The notes beneath the pieces were generated by a model that was not told the DNA's origin, searched no databases, and saw only the letters and a program-made list of their open reading frames with translations. DNA of 64,000 nt. Origin: Patescibacteria group bacterium. GTDB lineage: Bacteria; Patescibacteriota; Minisyncoccia; Phycocordibacterales; Phycocordibacteraceae. Positions 8,459 to 18,569 of this stretch are shown piece by piece; the stretch's first letter is position 1, and the number at the start of each line of letters is the position of its first letter. The stretch is taken from assembly GCA_040390125.1 (NCBI GenBank), contig JAZJYZ010000001.1, forward strand, positions 374,402 through 438,401, written 5' to 3'. The position numbers and the translations under genes are program-made.

Positions 8459-9421
8459 ATGTCACAGTTTCAAGGAGATGCAATTTTCTGGGTGGAGGTT
8501 GAAAAAATACGCCCAAACCAGTATCAGCCACGTACTGAATTTGATGAAGCAAAACTAAAAGATTTGTCTGACTCAATACGCCAGTACGGTATCTTGCAGC
8601 CGCTCATGGTGACACGCTATGAAGAGTCACGAGAAGACGGGGGCCTTTCAACCTACTATGAGCTTATTGCGGGTGAGCGAAGGCTCCGGGCGTCAAAACT
8701 CGCAGGCCTTTCTCAAGTGCCGGTTATTATTCGCTCCACCGAGGAGCAGAGCAGGGTGCGGTTGGAGCTCGCCATCATTGAAAACTTACAACGTGAAGAT
8801 TTAAATGCAATCGATAGAGCACGTGCATTTGATCGTCTGCAAAAGGAATTTAGTTTAAATAATTCCGAGATTGCTGTGAAGGTGGGGAAGAGTCGTGAGT
8901 ATGTTTCAAACTCAATTCGTCTGCTTGCACTTCCCGCCGAGATGCAACAAGCGGTCATTGGGGGCGCTATATATGAAGGTCATGCTCGTGCGCTTTTGAT
9001 GCTGATCGATAGACCGGAAGAACAAAAAACAGTGTTTCGTGACATCATGGTGCGCAAGTTATCGGTGCGTGATGTTGAGAAGATTACTCGTGAAATTGCA
9101 ACTGAGAAAGCACGTAAACGTGACGTCACTCCTGAAATTGAAGCACTTGAGCGTGCATTTGCAGAGTCTCTTGGAACAAAAGTTGAAATTAAAGCCCAAG
9201 AAAAAGGAGGGAAGCTCATTATTGATTTCTTCTCGACGGAAGATTTGGAGGGAATGCTTGCGCACATGGAGCGTCGTGGAATCACACCTCAAGCACAGAG
9301 CACTCTCCCAGAAGCTCCAGAGAAAAGAAACGACATGGTGGATGTTCCCTCAACACTTGCGTCGGTGCCTCCAACCTCCTCAGTTGATGACGGTTTTTCT
9401 CTAGAGCATTTCTCTATTTAG
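8459..9421 (+). CDS. parB: chromosome partitioning protein ParB/Spo0J
   Basis: ParB box GERRLRASKLAGL; HTH; 320 aa. Confidence 0.9.
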   Translation: MSQFQGDAIFWVEVEKIRPNQYQPRTEFDEAKLKDLSDSIRQYGILQPLMVTRYEESREDGGLSTYYELIAGERRLRASKLAGLSQVPVIIRSTEEQSRVRLELAIIENLQREDLNAIDRARAFDRLQKEFSLNNSEIAVKVGKSREYVSNSIRLLALPAEMQQAVIGGAIYEGHARALLMLIDRPEEQKTVFRDIMVRKLSVRDVEKITREIATEKARKRDVTPEIEALERAFAESLGTKVEIKAQEKGGKLIIDFFSTEDLEGMLAHMERRGITPQAQSTLPEAPEKRNDMVDVPSTLASVPPTSSVDDGFSLEHFSI

Positions 9422-10940
9422 ACTGTTCTTTCTTTTTCAAAGTAGCTCGGATGTAGCGTCTGGCGGATGCTGTTTTTGCGTAGTCGAGCCATTTTTTATT
9501 AGGGCTACCGAGCTTCTTTGTTTGTATTTCAACGATATCTCCTTTACGTAGTGGTGTATCAAGTCCTACTAATTTTCCGTTCACTTTGGCACCAGCCATT
9601 AGGTCAACAAGGTTGGTATGCACCGCATAGGCAAAGTCTATTGGAGTTGCTCCTATGGGTAGGTCGATAACGTCGCCTTTTGGTGTAAACACAAACATGC
9701 GTCGTGCAAAAAAATCTTCACGAAGTGCGTCTTGGAATGCTTGTTCGCCCTGAAATTCTTCAGCCGCACTATTCAAATCCGTAAGCCAGCGCGGCGTCGG
9801 TGCAGTTGAAGGCGCATCGGTTTTTTGTCCTCGTGCGACTTTCATCAAAGAAGGGACGAATCGCCACGCCCATGGAATTTTTGATGCATGTTCAGTGCCT
9901 TTGTGTTGATTCTTATATAAAAAATGAGCGGCAACACCAAATTTACTTTCTTGTTGCATTTCTTCAGAGCGAATTTGTATTTCGATGATGAGCTTGTGCG
10001 GAGTGATGATAGTGGTATGGAGCGTCCGGTAGCCATTCGGTTTTGGGCTTGCAATGTAATCCTTGATGCGTCCCGGAATAGGCCTCCAGATGTTGTGAAT
10101 AACCCCGAACACTCGGTAGCAGTCTTCAAGTGTTGGCACAACGATGCGTATTGCAAAAATGTCATACACCTTATCAGGATCGTTGTCTTTGCGGATTAGC
10201 TTTGTTGCAAAGCTGTGCACGTTCTTTACACGTGCTTCCGTTCGGAAATTGCGTATATTCGCTTCCGCAAGTGCTTTGCGGAGGTCGTTTAATGCACGGT
10301 CCAATGCTTCTTTTTCTGTTTCTTTCTTCTCCGTCAAGAATTGATGGATTTTTTTATACCGCTCAGGTTCTAGGGTTTTAAATGCTAAGTCTTCTAGTTG
10401 TGCCTTAATAACACCGATACCGAGCCTCTCCGCAATAGGGACGTACACCTCTTTGGTTTCAAGGGCAATACGCATGCGTTTCTCAATAGGTTCCACGAAA
10501 TGGATTGTTTCCATGTTGTGGAGTCTGTCAGCGAGCTTAATGATGATCACTCGAATATCGTTTGCCGTTGCAACAAGTAAACGGCGTAAACTTTCGACGT
10601 GTCGCTCTACTCCTCGATATTTTAATTTTGAAAGCTTAGTGACGCCCTCAACTAAAAATCGTACTGTGGCGCCGAATTCTTTTTCTATTTCTTCAATAGT
10701 GACGGGTGTGTCTTCAACGGTGTCGTGAAGGATGCCTGCAATGATGGTGTCACGGTCCATTCCAAGTTTCGCAAGTGTCAATGCAATTGCATTAGGGTGG
10801 ATGATGTATGGCTCGCCTGATTTTCTTTTTTCTTCACCGTGCGCCACTTTCGCAAATTCGTATGCATTTTGAATTGCCTTCTGATCTTCCGAAGAGTGGG
10901 ACTGCATTGCGCGTATGATGTCGTCGGTGGGATGAGGCAT
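9414..10940 (-). CDS. rel: bifunctional (p)ppGpp synthetase/hydrolase RelA/SpoT family
   Basis: HD domain (HD…ED), synthetase domain (RxKxxxSFxxK-like), TGS domain; 508 aa. Confidence 0.9.
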   Translation of the reverse strand: MPHPTDDIIRAMQSHSSEDQKAIQNAYEFAKVAHGEEKRKSGEPYIIHPNAIALTLAKLGMDRDTIIAGILHDTVEDTPVTIEEIEKEFGATVRFLVEGVTKLSKLKYRGVERHVESLRRLLVATANDIRVIIIKLADRLHNMETIHFVEPIEKRMRIALETKEVYVPIAERLGIGVIKAQLEDLAFKTLEPERYKKIHQFLTEKKETEKEALDRALNDLRKALAEANIRNFRTEARVKNVHSFATKLIRKDNDPDKVYDIFAIRIVVPTLEDCYRVFGVIHNIWRPIPGRIKDYIASPKPNGYRTLHTTIITPHKLIIEIQIRSEEMQQESKFGVAAHFLYKNQHKGTEHASKIPWAWRFVPSLMKVARGQKTDAPSTAPTPRWLTDLNSAAEEFQGEQAFQDALREDFFARRMFVFTPKGDVIDLPIGATPIDFAYAVHTNLVDLMAGAKVNGKLVGLDTPLRKGDIVEIQTKKLGSPNKKWLDYAKTASARRYIRATLKKKEQSK

Positions 10941-11056
10941 TGAATTAGTGTATAGGGTTTAGTGGGCAGTGTATAGCTTTTAAGCACAAAAACATGAAGG
11001 GATGTTTGGAATTGAGTTTGACATCAACTATAAAATGTGATATTTAATTTACACAT

Positions 11057-11233
11057 ATGCCACATGAAGATCGAGTTCCGCCTGGAGTTGGCACATCTGA
11101 AGGTTCTAGGGTGCGTGTCGGGTATTGTGGGTTTTGTGGTTCCGCCGTGTATGAAGATGAATCTTACGAGAAAATCCCCATGGGGATTTTAAGGTGTTGG
11201 CGGGAAGACTATAAAGACGCCTACAAATCTTAA
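11057..11233 (+). CDS. small Cys-containing hypothetical protein (58 aa, not in the supplied ORF track)
   Basis: MPHEDRVPPGVGTSEGSRVRVGYCGFCGS…; preceded by a TTGACA-17-TATTTA-like promoter. Confidence 0.25.
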   Translation: MPHEDRVPPGVGTSEGSRVRVGYCGFCGSAVYEDESYEKIPMGILRCWREDYKDAYKS

Positions 11234-11248
11234 TTTGAAAAATTTCAT

Positions 11249-11512
11249 ATGAACACTAAAGTAGAAGGTAAAGGAAATAGACGTGGTTTTCTCGATGTGA
11301 CCGAAAAGATGCTACGACCTTTTCGTATAAAAGTTCTTGAATGGAGAATCAGACAGGTGGGTTTGAGTGCATATGATCTCGCTACATCAAGTTTAAATTT
11401 TTCTCCTGACTCGCAAGAAGTGAAAAGACTTCTCGGGCTGGCTGGTGCTAGATATGATAGGAGGGATCGTTTAACGAGGAAACTTTCCAACCTAAAGGCC
11501 AAAACCTCTTAA
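11249..11512 (+). CDS. hypothetical small protein
   Basis: 87-aa ORF converging on the topA stop; no family recognised. Confidence 0.2.
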   Translation: MNTKVEGKGNRRGFLDVTEKMLRPFRIKVLEWRIRQVGLSAYDLATSSLNFSPDSQEVKRLLGLAGARYDRRDRLTRKLSNLKAKTS

Positions 11513-13914
11513 GCGGTTTTCAAAAGCTCTAATGCTTCGGGTATAGTAAGTTTTTCCGGATCCATAGATTCAGGAATGCGTACGTGTTTGAATCCTTTTT
11601 TTAAGAAGAATCCGCTTTTTGATTTGTAGAGATAAATCTTTTTCTTGGTACGTGGGTGTGTTCCTACTTCACGTGCGATTGCAATGCCAGGGCGTCCTTT
11701 CTTTGGCTCTTTTAATATTTCGAGTGCTCGTTCATAAGTAATTCCGTACGGTTCGTCTGCGCCCTTGAGCGAGCGGAAGTCGCCATTGTGTACGATGAAT
11801 GGACCAAATTTTCCGATGGCGGCAGTAATGGGCATACTCGAGTCAGGGTGAATGCCTAATTCTCTTGGGAGCGAAAGGAGTTTCACTGCCTGTTCCATAC
11901 TGATTGTTTCAGGTTGAATATCAGGCGGGATGCTTGCTTTTCTTGTGTCTGGTTTTTTTACTTTCTTTTTCTTCTTCTTACTGTCCACTGTTCCCTGTAC
12001 ACTGTCCACTTTTTCATCCATCTTTTCTCCCATCTCTAGGTACGGACCAAAGCGACCGACTCGAACATGTATTGGATGTCCGGTTTCTGGGTGATTACCG
12101 ATGGACTCACTCTCCTTGATGACTTCACCTTTTTCGGTGCGTGAGCCTTTGCACTCCGGGAATGTGGAGCAACTCATAAACACGCCGGTGCGTGATAATT
12201 TCATTACCATTAAAGCGCCACATAGGGGGCAGGGGAACTCTTTCGGCACATCGCCTAGAGTGGTGAGTTTCGGAATGTCTTCTTTTGATGCAACATCTTT
12301 TGAAAACGGTCCGTAGAAGTCGCTCAGGGTTTTTGTGTATTCACGTTCTCCTGAAGCAATTTGGTCGAGCTCGTCTTCCATTTCTGCTGTAAAAGAATCG
12401 CTAATATATTTTTCAAAGTTTTCTTCCAAAAAGGTTGAAACCACTTCGCCTACTGCGGTCGGATGGAGAGCCCGGCCTATTTTTTCAACATAGCCACGGT
12501 CGACAACAGTTTTTATGATTGATGCATATGTGGATGGTCGGCCAATACCACGCTTTTCAAGTTCTTTCACAAGACCAGCTTCCGTATAACGTGCCGGAGG
12601 TTGAGTGTACTTTTCTTCGCTCTTAATATCTGCCAATGTTAATTTTTCTCCTTTTTTTGCTTCAGGTAAAATCGTTTCTTCACCCTTAGCGTCCGTATCT
12701 GCTCTGAGCCAGCCGTCGAATTGCACTGTGGAGCCAGTGACGCCAAATTCGGGCACGCCTTCCGTGATTGCAGTGATTTTCGCACGGGTCATTATTGCGT
12801 CTGCCATTTGTGAAGCGGTAGTACGTGCGTGAATAAGTGCGTAGAGGCGTTCCTCTTCGTCAGTTGCACCCGCTCTTTTCACAGAAATATCTGTGGGACG
12901 CACTGCTTCGTGTGCCTCCTGTGCGTTTTTACTTTTTGTTTTATAGGTGCGGGCTTCGAGGTAGTTTGCACCATATTCTTTTTTTATGTGAGTTGCGATT
13001 GCGGAGACGGCTACTTCGGCAAGGTTGGTGCTGTCGGTACGCATGTAGGTTATGTGTCCCGCTTCGTAGAGCCTTTGCGCAGTACGCATGGTGCGTGATG
13101 GGGAGAAACCAAGACGTGAGCTTGCCGCTTGTTGTAGGGTAGAGGTCGTGAATGGAGCTTTCGGAGAGCGTTTTACTGGAGAGGAGGTTACATCAGCGAC
13201 AACCCACGCACCTTTCTTTCCGTTCTCTACAATTTTTTCTGCTTCTTCTGCTGTCGCAGGCTCTGTGGAGCACGTTGCGGTAAACGTGTCACCACGAGGT
13301 GTTTGTAGGTCTGCAGTGATGACGAAATATTGGTCGGGCTTGAATGCACGAATTTCCCGCTCCTTTTCGACGAGAATGCGAAGTGCTGGCGACTGCACTC
13401 TTCCAGCTGAGAGACCATAGCGAACCTTTTTCCAAATAAGCCCTGAAAGGTCATATCCAACGAGGCGGTCAAGAACACGCCGTGCTTCTTGGGCTTTTCG
13501 GAGATCTTGGTCAATTTTTCGAGGATGTGCAATTGCTTCTGTTACAGCATCTTTAGTGATTTCATTGAAAACAACACGTTTTGCACCTTTAAGATGTGCC
13601 GCTTCATTTAAGTGCCAGGCAATAGCTTCTCCTTCACGGTCAGGGTCGGTTGCAAGTAGTACTTCGTCAGCTTTTTCTGCAGCGTCTACGATTTTTTTGA
13701 TAACGTCTGCTTTACCGGGAACCGTCACGTAGCGGGGTATAAATCCACCCTCAATGTCTATGGCGTCTTTGCTGGATTTTGGTAAGTCACGCACGTGACC
13801 AACGGACGCAAGCACCTTGTAGCCAGGCCCAAGATATTTTTCTATTGTCTTCGCCTTTGCTGGCGACTCAACAATAACGAGCGTATTTTTTGCACTCAGT
13901 CCTTTTGTTGCCAT
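11509..13914 (-). CDS. topA: DNA topoisomerase I
   Basis: TOPRIM (ESPAKAKTI), active-site Tyr region, C-terminal C4 zinc ribbon and Lys-rich tail; 801 aa. Confidence 0.95.
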   Translation of the reverse strand: MATKGLSAKNTLVIVESPAKAKTIEKYLGPGYKVLASVGHVRDLPKSSKDAIDIEGGFIPRYVTVPGKADVIKKIVDAAEKADEVLLATDPDREGEAIAWHLNEAAHLKGAKRVVFNEITKDAVTEAIAHPRKIDQDLRKAQEARRVLDRLVGYDLSGLIWKKVRYGLSAGRVQSPALRILVEKEREIRAFKPDQYFVITADLQTPRGDTFTATCSTEPATAEEAEKIVENGKKGAWVVADVTSSPVKRSPKAPFTTSTLQQAASSRLGFSPSRTMRTAQRLYEAGHITYMRTDSTNLAEVAVSAIATHIKKEYGANYLEARTYKTKSKNAQEAHEAVRPTDISVKRAGATDEEERLYALIHARTTASQMADAIMTRAKITAITEGVPEFGVTGSTVQFDGWLRADTDAKGEETILPEAKKGEKLTLADIKSEEKYTQPPARYTEAGLVKELEKRGIGRPSTYASIIKTVVDRGYVEKIGRALHPTAVGEVVSTFLEENFEKYISDSFTAEMEDELDQIASGEREYTKTLSDFYGPFSKDVASKEDIPKLTTLGDVPKEFPCPLCGALMVMKLSRTGVFMSCSTFPECKGSRTEKGEVIKESESIGNHPETGHPIHVRVGRFGPYLEMGEKMDEKVDSVQGTVDSKKKKKKVKKPDTRKASIPPDIQPETISMEQAVKLLSLPRELGIHPDSSMPITAAIGKFGPFIVHNGDFRSLKGADEPYGITYERALEILKEPKKGRPGIAIAREVGTHPRTKKKIYLYKSKSGFFLKKGFKHVRIPESMDPEKLTIPEALELLKTA

Positions 13915-13938
13915 CAGCGCACACTAGTACGGGATAAA

Positions 13939-13962
13939 ACGTTCTCTGTCAACAGAGAACGT
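13939..13962. promoter_or_regulatory. perfect 11-bp inverted repeat (acgttctctgt ca acagagaacgt) in the topA upstream region
   Basis: direct reading; the minus-strand sense contains TTGACA within the palindrome. Confidence 0.5.
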
Positions 13963-14057
13963 AAAATTATCAATTTTCAATTACCAATTATCAAGCAACT
14001 TTAAGAATTAATTTTCACGGATGCAGATTTGAAAATTGAAAATTGGTATTTGGAAAT

Positions 14058-14912
14058 TTAGACGTTTCGTCTCACTTCTCCCATTGATTCAGTAATGATT
14101 CCCCGGAGTTCCATTTGTGCTAGAAGGATGTTTGCACTCCCTATCGCTATATCTAAGGTGCGTATTACCTCATCTCGGGGCATTGGCGAGTGCAGTAGTT
14201 CCATAACACGCATCTCTTCTTCTGTGAGTTCAATATTCTTTTGTATCTCTTCTTTTTTCAGGCCGAGCGTATCTAAGATGTCGTCTGCACTTCTGACCGG
14301 TTTGGCTCCAAGTCCCATAAAGAGGTGCCCGCCCGCTCCGCCATCTGAAAATATAGAGTGGGGAACGATGAGGAGTTCTCGATTGTATTCAGTGGCTAAC
14401 CTCGCCGTGATGAGTGTCCCTGATTTCAGGGTGGCTTCTATAATAAGGACCGCATGACTCATTCCCGCCATGAGGCGGTTTCGTTTAGGAAATGTGTAGG
14501 GTGTTGCTCGTTCTTCCGGTTCCATTTCGGACATCAACGCTCCTCCTGCACTGATGATGTCTCTCGAGAGTCCTAGGTGTGCTCGTGGGTACAGCACCTC
14601 TTCAGAGAGACCAGAGCCCGGGACTGCAGTAGTGTGAAGATTGGCAGTGAGTGCAGCTTTGTGAGCAACGCCATCAATGCCGAGCGCCAAGCCTGAAACG
14701 ATTGAGATAGGGTAGCCGGCTAGCCCCTGTATCAAATGCTCGCAAGCATCTTGCCCGTATCTGCTCATACGTCTTGAACCAACCACTGCAAGGAGTTTTG
14801 TTTCAGGTGGTGGTAAGCTCCCTCTAAGATAGAGCGTTTCCGGCGGATCGTTGATCTCCTGTAACAGCGGAGGAAAGCTCTTTGGAGAAAGTTTCCGTAT
14901 TTCTACCGTCAT
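14058..14912 (-). CDS. dprA: DNA processing protein DprA (Smf)
   Basis: Rossmann-like DprA core (GxAxGIDxxAH, LLIVPHS); topA–dprA synteny. Confidence 0.85.
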   Translation of the reverse strand: MTVEIRKLSPKSFPPLLQEINDPPETLYLRGSLPPPETKLLAVVGSRRMSRYGQDACEHLIQGLAGYPISIVSGLALGIDGVAHKAALTANLHTTAVPGSGLSEEVLYPRAHLGLSRDIISAGGALMSEMEPEERATPYTFPKRNRLMAGMSHAVLIIEATLKSGTLITARLATEYNRELLIVPHSIFSDGGAGGHLFMGLGAKPVRSADDILDTLGLKKEEIQKNIELTEEEMRVMELLHSPMPRDEVIRTLDIAIGSANILLAQMELRGIITESMGEVRRNV

Positions 14913-14951
14913 CTTGAAATTATAGCCCGTGTTATTCTGCTGTATGATTTT

Positions 14952-14993
14952 GCTGTTAAAGCTAAAACCTGTAACCTATAAGCTATAACCTGT
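14952..14993. repeat. dispersed short repeat copy (gctaaaacctgtaacctataagctataacctgt)
   Basis: aaacctgtaacct core. Confidence 0.6.
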
Positions 14994-14997
14994 TTTT

Positions 14998-16281
14998 ATG
15001 TTGGACATCAAATTCATTCAAGATAATCCGGACATCGTCCGTGCCGCCATTCTCAATAAGAAAGGCAAACCAGTCGACATAGATGAAGTCTTGAAACTGC
15101 ATGAAGAACGCAAGGGTGTTAAGCAGAGAATGGATGAAGTGAATCGGAAAAGAAATGAAGCCGCTACCTCTCGTGATATTGAAACAGGTAAACTTTTAAA
15201 AGAAGAGTTGCAGGCACTCGAAGTGCGTCACGGAGCATTAGAGAAAGAGCTAGTTGCACTTCTTCTCAAGATTCCAAACATTCCATCTCCTGACACACCT
15301 GTGGGAGTAGATGAGAAAGAAAATGTTGTCTTACGTGAAGTCGGCGAGAAAAGAAGCTTTGGTTCTTTTTCACCTCGCCCGCATTTCGAGATAGGGGAGG
15401 CACTCAATATTATTAATACCGAGAAAGCCGGAGCAGTTTCTGGTGCACGCTTCGCCTACATCATGGGAGATTTGGCACTCATGCAATTTGGGCTTCTGAA
15501 CCTTGCGATGAAGGTTCTCACTGACGAGGATATTCTCAAAGGAATTATTGAGCGTTCCGGGTTGAAGGTCTCATCCAAGCCATTCATTCCCGTCATCCCT
15601 CCTTATATGGTGCGTTCCGCTGTGATGAACAGAATGGCACGCCTCGACCCTATAGATGAGAGGTACTATTTCGAGAAAGACGATGAGGTGCTCATTGGAA
15701 GTGCCGAGCATACCTTGGGACCACTCCACATGGATGAGGTTATTCCTGAAGAGTTGTTGCCAATTCGCTACGTTGGCTATTCACCGTCATTTCGTCGTGA
15801 AGCAGGCTCCTACGGCAAAGATACCCGTGGACTTATTCGTATGCATCATTTCGACAAGGTGGAAATGGAGACATTCGCAAAGCCTGAAGAGGGTTATCAA
15901 GAGCAAGACTTCATGGTGGCTATTCAGGAGCATTTTTTGCAACTCTTAGGCTTACCGTACCGTGCGGTATCTATTTGTACTGGCGACATGGGATTTCCTG
16001 ATCATCGGCAGTTCGATATGGAAACGTGGATGCCGGGGCAGAGTGCATACCGAGAAACGCATACATCAGACTACATGGGTGGTTTTCAGGCACGCCGTTT
16101 GAATACAAGAACAAAGCGTGCGGACGGGGGCATGGAGTTTGTGCACATGAACGACGCAACCCTGGTAGCAATGGGACGCACACTCGCTGCGATTCTTGAG
16201 AACTATCAAGAGTCGAATGGCACAGTTCGTGTTCCAAAAGCGCTTCAGCAATACGTAGGGAAGGCTATACTAAAGGCTTAG
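14998..16281 (+). CDS. serS: seryl-tRNA synthetase
   Basis: N-terminal coiled coil; class II motifs; 427 aa. Confidence 0.9.
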   Translation: MLDIKFIQDNPDIVRAAILNKKGKPVDIDEVLKLHEERKGVKQRMDEVNRKRNEAATSRDIETGKLLKEELQALEVRHGALEKELVALLLKIPNIPSPDTPVGVDEKENVVLREVGEKRSFGSFSPRPHFEIGEALNIINTEKAGAVSGARFAYIMGDLALMQFGLLNLAMKVLTDEDILKGIIERSGLKVSSKPFIPVIPPYMVRSAVMNRMARLDPIDERYYFEKDDEVLIGSAEHTLGPLHMDEVIPEELLPIRYVGYSPSFRREAGSYGKDTRGLIRMHHFDKVEMETFAKPEEGYQEQDFMVAIQEHFLQLLGLPYRAVSICTGDMGFPDHRQFDMETWMPGQSAYRETHTSDYMGGFQARRLNTRTKRADGGMEFVHMNDATLVAMGRTLAAILENYQESNGTVRVPKALQQYVGKAILKA

Positions 16282-16286
16282 GTTAT

Positions 16287-17120
16287 ATGCCCAACTCTCC
16301 TCAACCAAAACTTCGTCTCAAAGATAGGCGGCGGAGACTTATGTGGGTTAAGGTTGCCGCCGGAAGCACTGTGGTTGTGGTGTCTCTTGTCCTCATGTGG
16401 TTTGTGGTGCGCCTGCCGGCAATCACTATTGCTTCTGTTGAAGTGAAGGGTACGAGTGCAGTATCGGCAGATGCGTTGAAAAGTATTGCAGAAGAGAAAT
16501 TAAATGGTTCCTATGCATTTTTAATTCCGCATCGAAACTCACTAGTATTTCCAAAACAAAAAATTGAGAGTGCGATTACTGATGCACTTCCTCCGCTAGC
16601 GAAAATAACAATTTCCAGAAATGGTTTCAATGCGCTTACTATCACTGCAGAAGAACGCATGGCGGTTGCTCTGTGGTGTGAAAGCACTTCGGCAGATGTC
16701 GAAACTGTTTCAAGTGATGTAGGTGCCCCTTGTTACAGCATGGATAAGAATGGATTCATTTTTGCATCAGCAGATAATTCTTCGGCACTCGTGCGTTTTT
16801 ATGGAGTCATTCCGGGGACACCTATTAGCAGTACGTATCTCGGTGGTGATTTTGCTTCACTTAACACTTTAGTTACAGACATTGCTTCTTCGATCAACCG
16901 CATCCCGAACTCCGTTGCTGTTGATACTGAATCAAACGATGTAGTTGTAGCACTTAAAGATGGCGGACTGTTGAAATTTGTTCGCACCTCTGACAGGTTG
17001 GCAACGCTCGCAAACATCGCATCTGTTTTCGCTTCTCAGAGCTTCAAAGCTAATAAAGAATTTGAATACGTGGATTTTCGTTTTGGCGATAAGGTATACG
17101 TGAAGTTTAGGGGGCAGTAG
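16287..17120 (+). CDS. cell division protein FtsQ/DivIB-like (POTRA)
   Basis: Arg-rich N-terminus, single TM, periplasmic POTRA-like domain; 277 aa. Confidence 0.5.
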   Translation: MPNSPQPKLRLKDRRRRLMWVKVAAGSTVVVVSLVLMWFVVRLPAITIASVEVKGTSAVSADALKSIAEEKLNGSYAFLIPHRNSLVFPKQKIESAITDALPPLAKITISRNGFNALTITAEERMAVALWCESTSADVETVSSDVGAPCYSMDKNGFIFASADNSSALVRFYGVIPGTPISSTYLGGDFASLNTLVTDIASSINRIPNSVAVDTESNDVVVALKDGGLLKFVRTSDRLATLANIASVFASQSFKANKEFEYVDFRFGDKVYVKFRGQ

Positions 17121-17192
17121 CAGGAAGCGTTTAGTCTTCAGGGAGGGTCGGAGAAAACTTGACAATAATATCTGATGTAGTAGGGTGCAAGA

Positions 17193-17423
17193 ATGAGTCT
17201 TGAAGGAGTCACAGATGGGAGAGTCGGTCGCAAGAGAGGTTTATTCTCTAGGAAGTTTAAAGAAAAAAAACTCGTGCATCTTCCTTCATCGCGAGAGAGA
17301 TGGCAGGGAGTTCCTAAGCTCTGGAGGATTGCTAAGGAGAAGAGTACCGTCGCTCGCACTTTTGTAGATTATTACAATATACTTACTGGTGAGGTTCAGA
17401 AGGTAACTCATATACATCTTTAA
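17193..17423 (+). CDS. hypothetical basic small protein
   Basis: 76 aa; followed by a terminator. Confidence 0.3.
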   Translation: MSLEGVTDGRVGRKRGLFSRKFKEKKLVHLPSSRERWQGVPKLWRIAKEKSTVARTFVDYYNILTGEVQKVTHIHL

Positions 17424-17430
17424 AAATCTA

Positions 17431-17456
17431 TCCGCCTTAATTAAGGCGGATTTTTT
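17431..17456 (+). terminator. rho-independent terminator
   Basis: tccgccttaattaaggcgga followed by TTTTTT. Confidence 0.7.
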
Positions 17457-17534
17457 ATTTAAGCACTACGATTACGTATCGACATACGTAAGAGCATCAC
17501 CCCCCCCAGGCAGGTTTTGTGATAGGCTCGCCCT

Positions 17535-18554
17535 ATGAACCGAGGATTTTGGGACAAACTGCCTAAGCCATTTTTGGTGCTCGCACCTATGGCGGATGTT
17601 ACGGATCCGGCGTTTCGCCGAATCATCGCCAAATACTCAAAACTGTCTGGCAATTCTGTGCAACCTCCGGAGGTTGCACAGAAGGGTGGGCCGGATGTGA
17701 TATGGACGGAGTTTGTTTCTGCAGATGGACTAGTTAGAGCACCTGAAGAGGGAAAGAAAAAACTTCTTGCTGATTTAATTTATTCAGAAGCTGAGCGTCC
17801 AATAGTTGCACAGTTTTTTACTGGCAACCCTGAACACATGGAGAAAACCGCCGAGCTTGCGAGAGAGCTTGGTTTTGATGGTATTGACATAAACATGGGG
17901 TGCCCGGATAAATCAATTGAAAAGCAGAAAGCAGGGGCTGCGATGATGAAAGATCCAGCTCGTGCGAAGGCGGTGATTGAGGGGGCTATAAGAGGTGGTG
18001 GAGGTTTGCCGGTGTCAGTGAAGACAAGGATTGGCTACAACAAAAACGAACTTGATACGTGGCTCCCGCATCTTTTGGAAACTAGTGTTTCTGCAATTAC
18101 TATTCATGCACGTACACGTAAAGAAATGTCGAAGGTTCCTGCAAGATGGGAAGAGGTTGCTCATGCAGTCACCATTCGAAATCGCATAAACCCTAATGTA
18201 TTTATTTTAGGTAACGGGGACATAGTGGACGTTGAGGATGCTCGAGCAAAAATTGAAGAGTCTGGCGCCGACGGCGCCATGCTCGGCCGTGCCATCTTCG
18301 GCAACCCGTGGCTCTTCTCAAATGGCAGACATACGATGTCTGCCATTTCAACTGAAGAACGGTTGCGGGTGATGGTGGAGCACACGAAACTCTATGAAGA
18401 ACTTTTGCCTCACAAGAGTTTCGCTATTATGAAAAAACACTATAAAGCGTATGTGAATGGTTTTGATGGTGCGGCGGAGTTGCGTGGAGAACTCATGAAT
18501 GCACTCGACGCTACTGGTGTAGAGCAAGCGGTAGAGGCATTCCTTCGTAGATGA
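17535..18554 (+). CDS. dus: tRNA-dihydrouridine synthase
   Basis: LAPMADVTDxAFR and FMN-binding TIM-barrel motifs; 339 aa. Confidence 0.9.
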   Translation: MNRGFWDKLPKPFLVLAPMADVTDPAFRRIIAKYSKLSGNSVQPPEVAQKGGPDVIWTEFVSADGLVRAPEEGKKKLLADLIYSEAERPIVAQFFTGNPEHMEKTAELARELGFDGIDINMGCPDKSIEKQKAGAAMMKDPARAKAVIEGAIRGGGGLPVSVKTRIGYNKNELDTWLPHLLETSVSAITIHARTRKEMSKVPARWEEVAHAVTIRNRINPNVFILGNGDIVDVEDARAKIEESGADGAMLGRAIFGNPWLFSNGRHTMSAISTEERLRVMVEHTKLYEELLPHKSFAIMKKHYKAYVNGFDGAAELRGELMNALDATGVEQAVEAFLRR

Positions 18555-18569
18555 TAGAATGAGGCATAT

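Noticed and set aside
8134-8558. Short ORFs (8134-8373, 8189-8410, 8203-8391, 8295-8558) overlapping tRNA-Leu
   Set aside because: They overlap a well-folded tRNA gene and tRNA-like fragments and have no coding signatures.
12000-12030. Poly-Lys tract (KKKKKKVKK) in TopA as a possible homopolymer sequencing artefact or frameshift
   Set aside because: The frame continues cleanly on both sides into conserved TopA domains. Lys-rich C-terminal tails are common in TopA, and the encoding DNA is not a pure homopolymer.
12605-13532. Several 75-110-aa ORFs antisense or out-of-frame within topA (12605-12832, 12837-13142, 13088-13420, 13227-13532)
   Set aside because: They lie entirely inside a high-confidence 801-aa topA frame and have no recognisable motifs. 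They are typical shadow ORFs.
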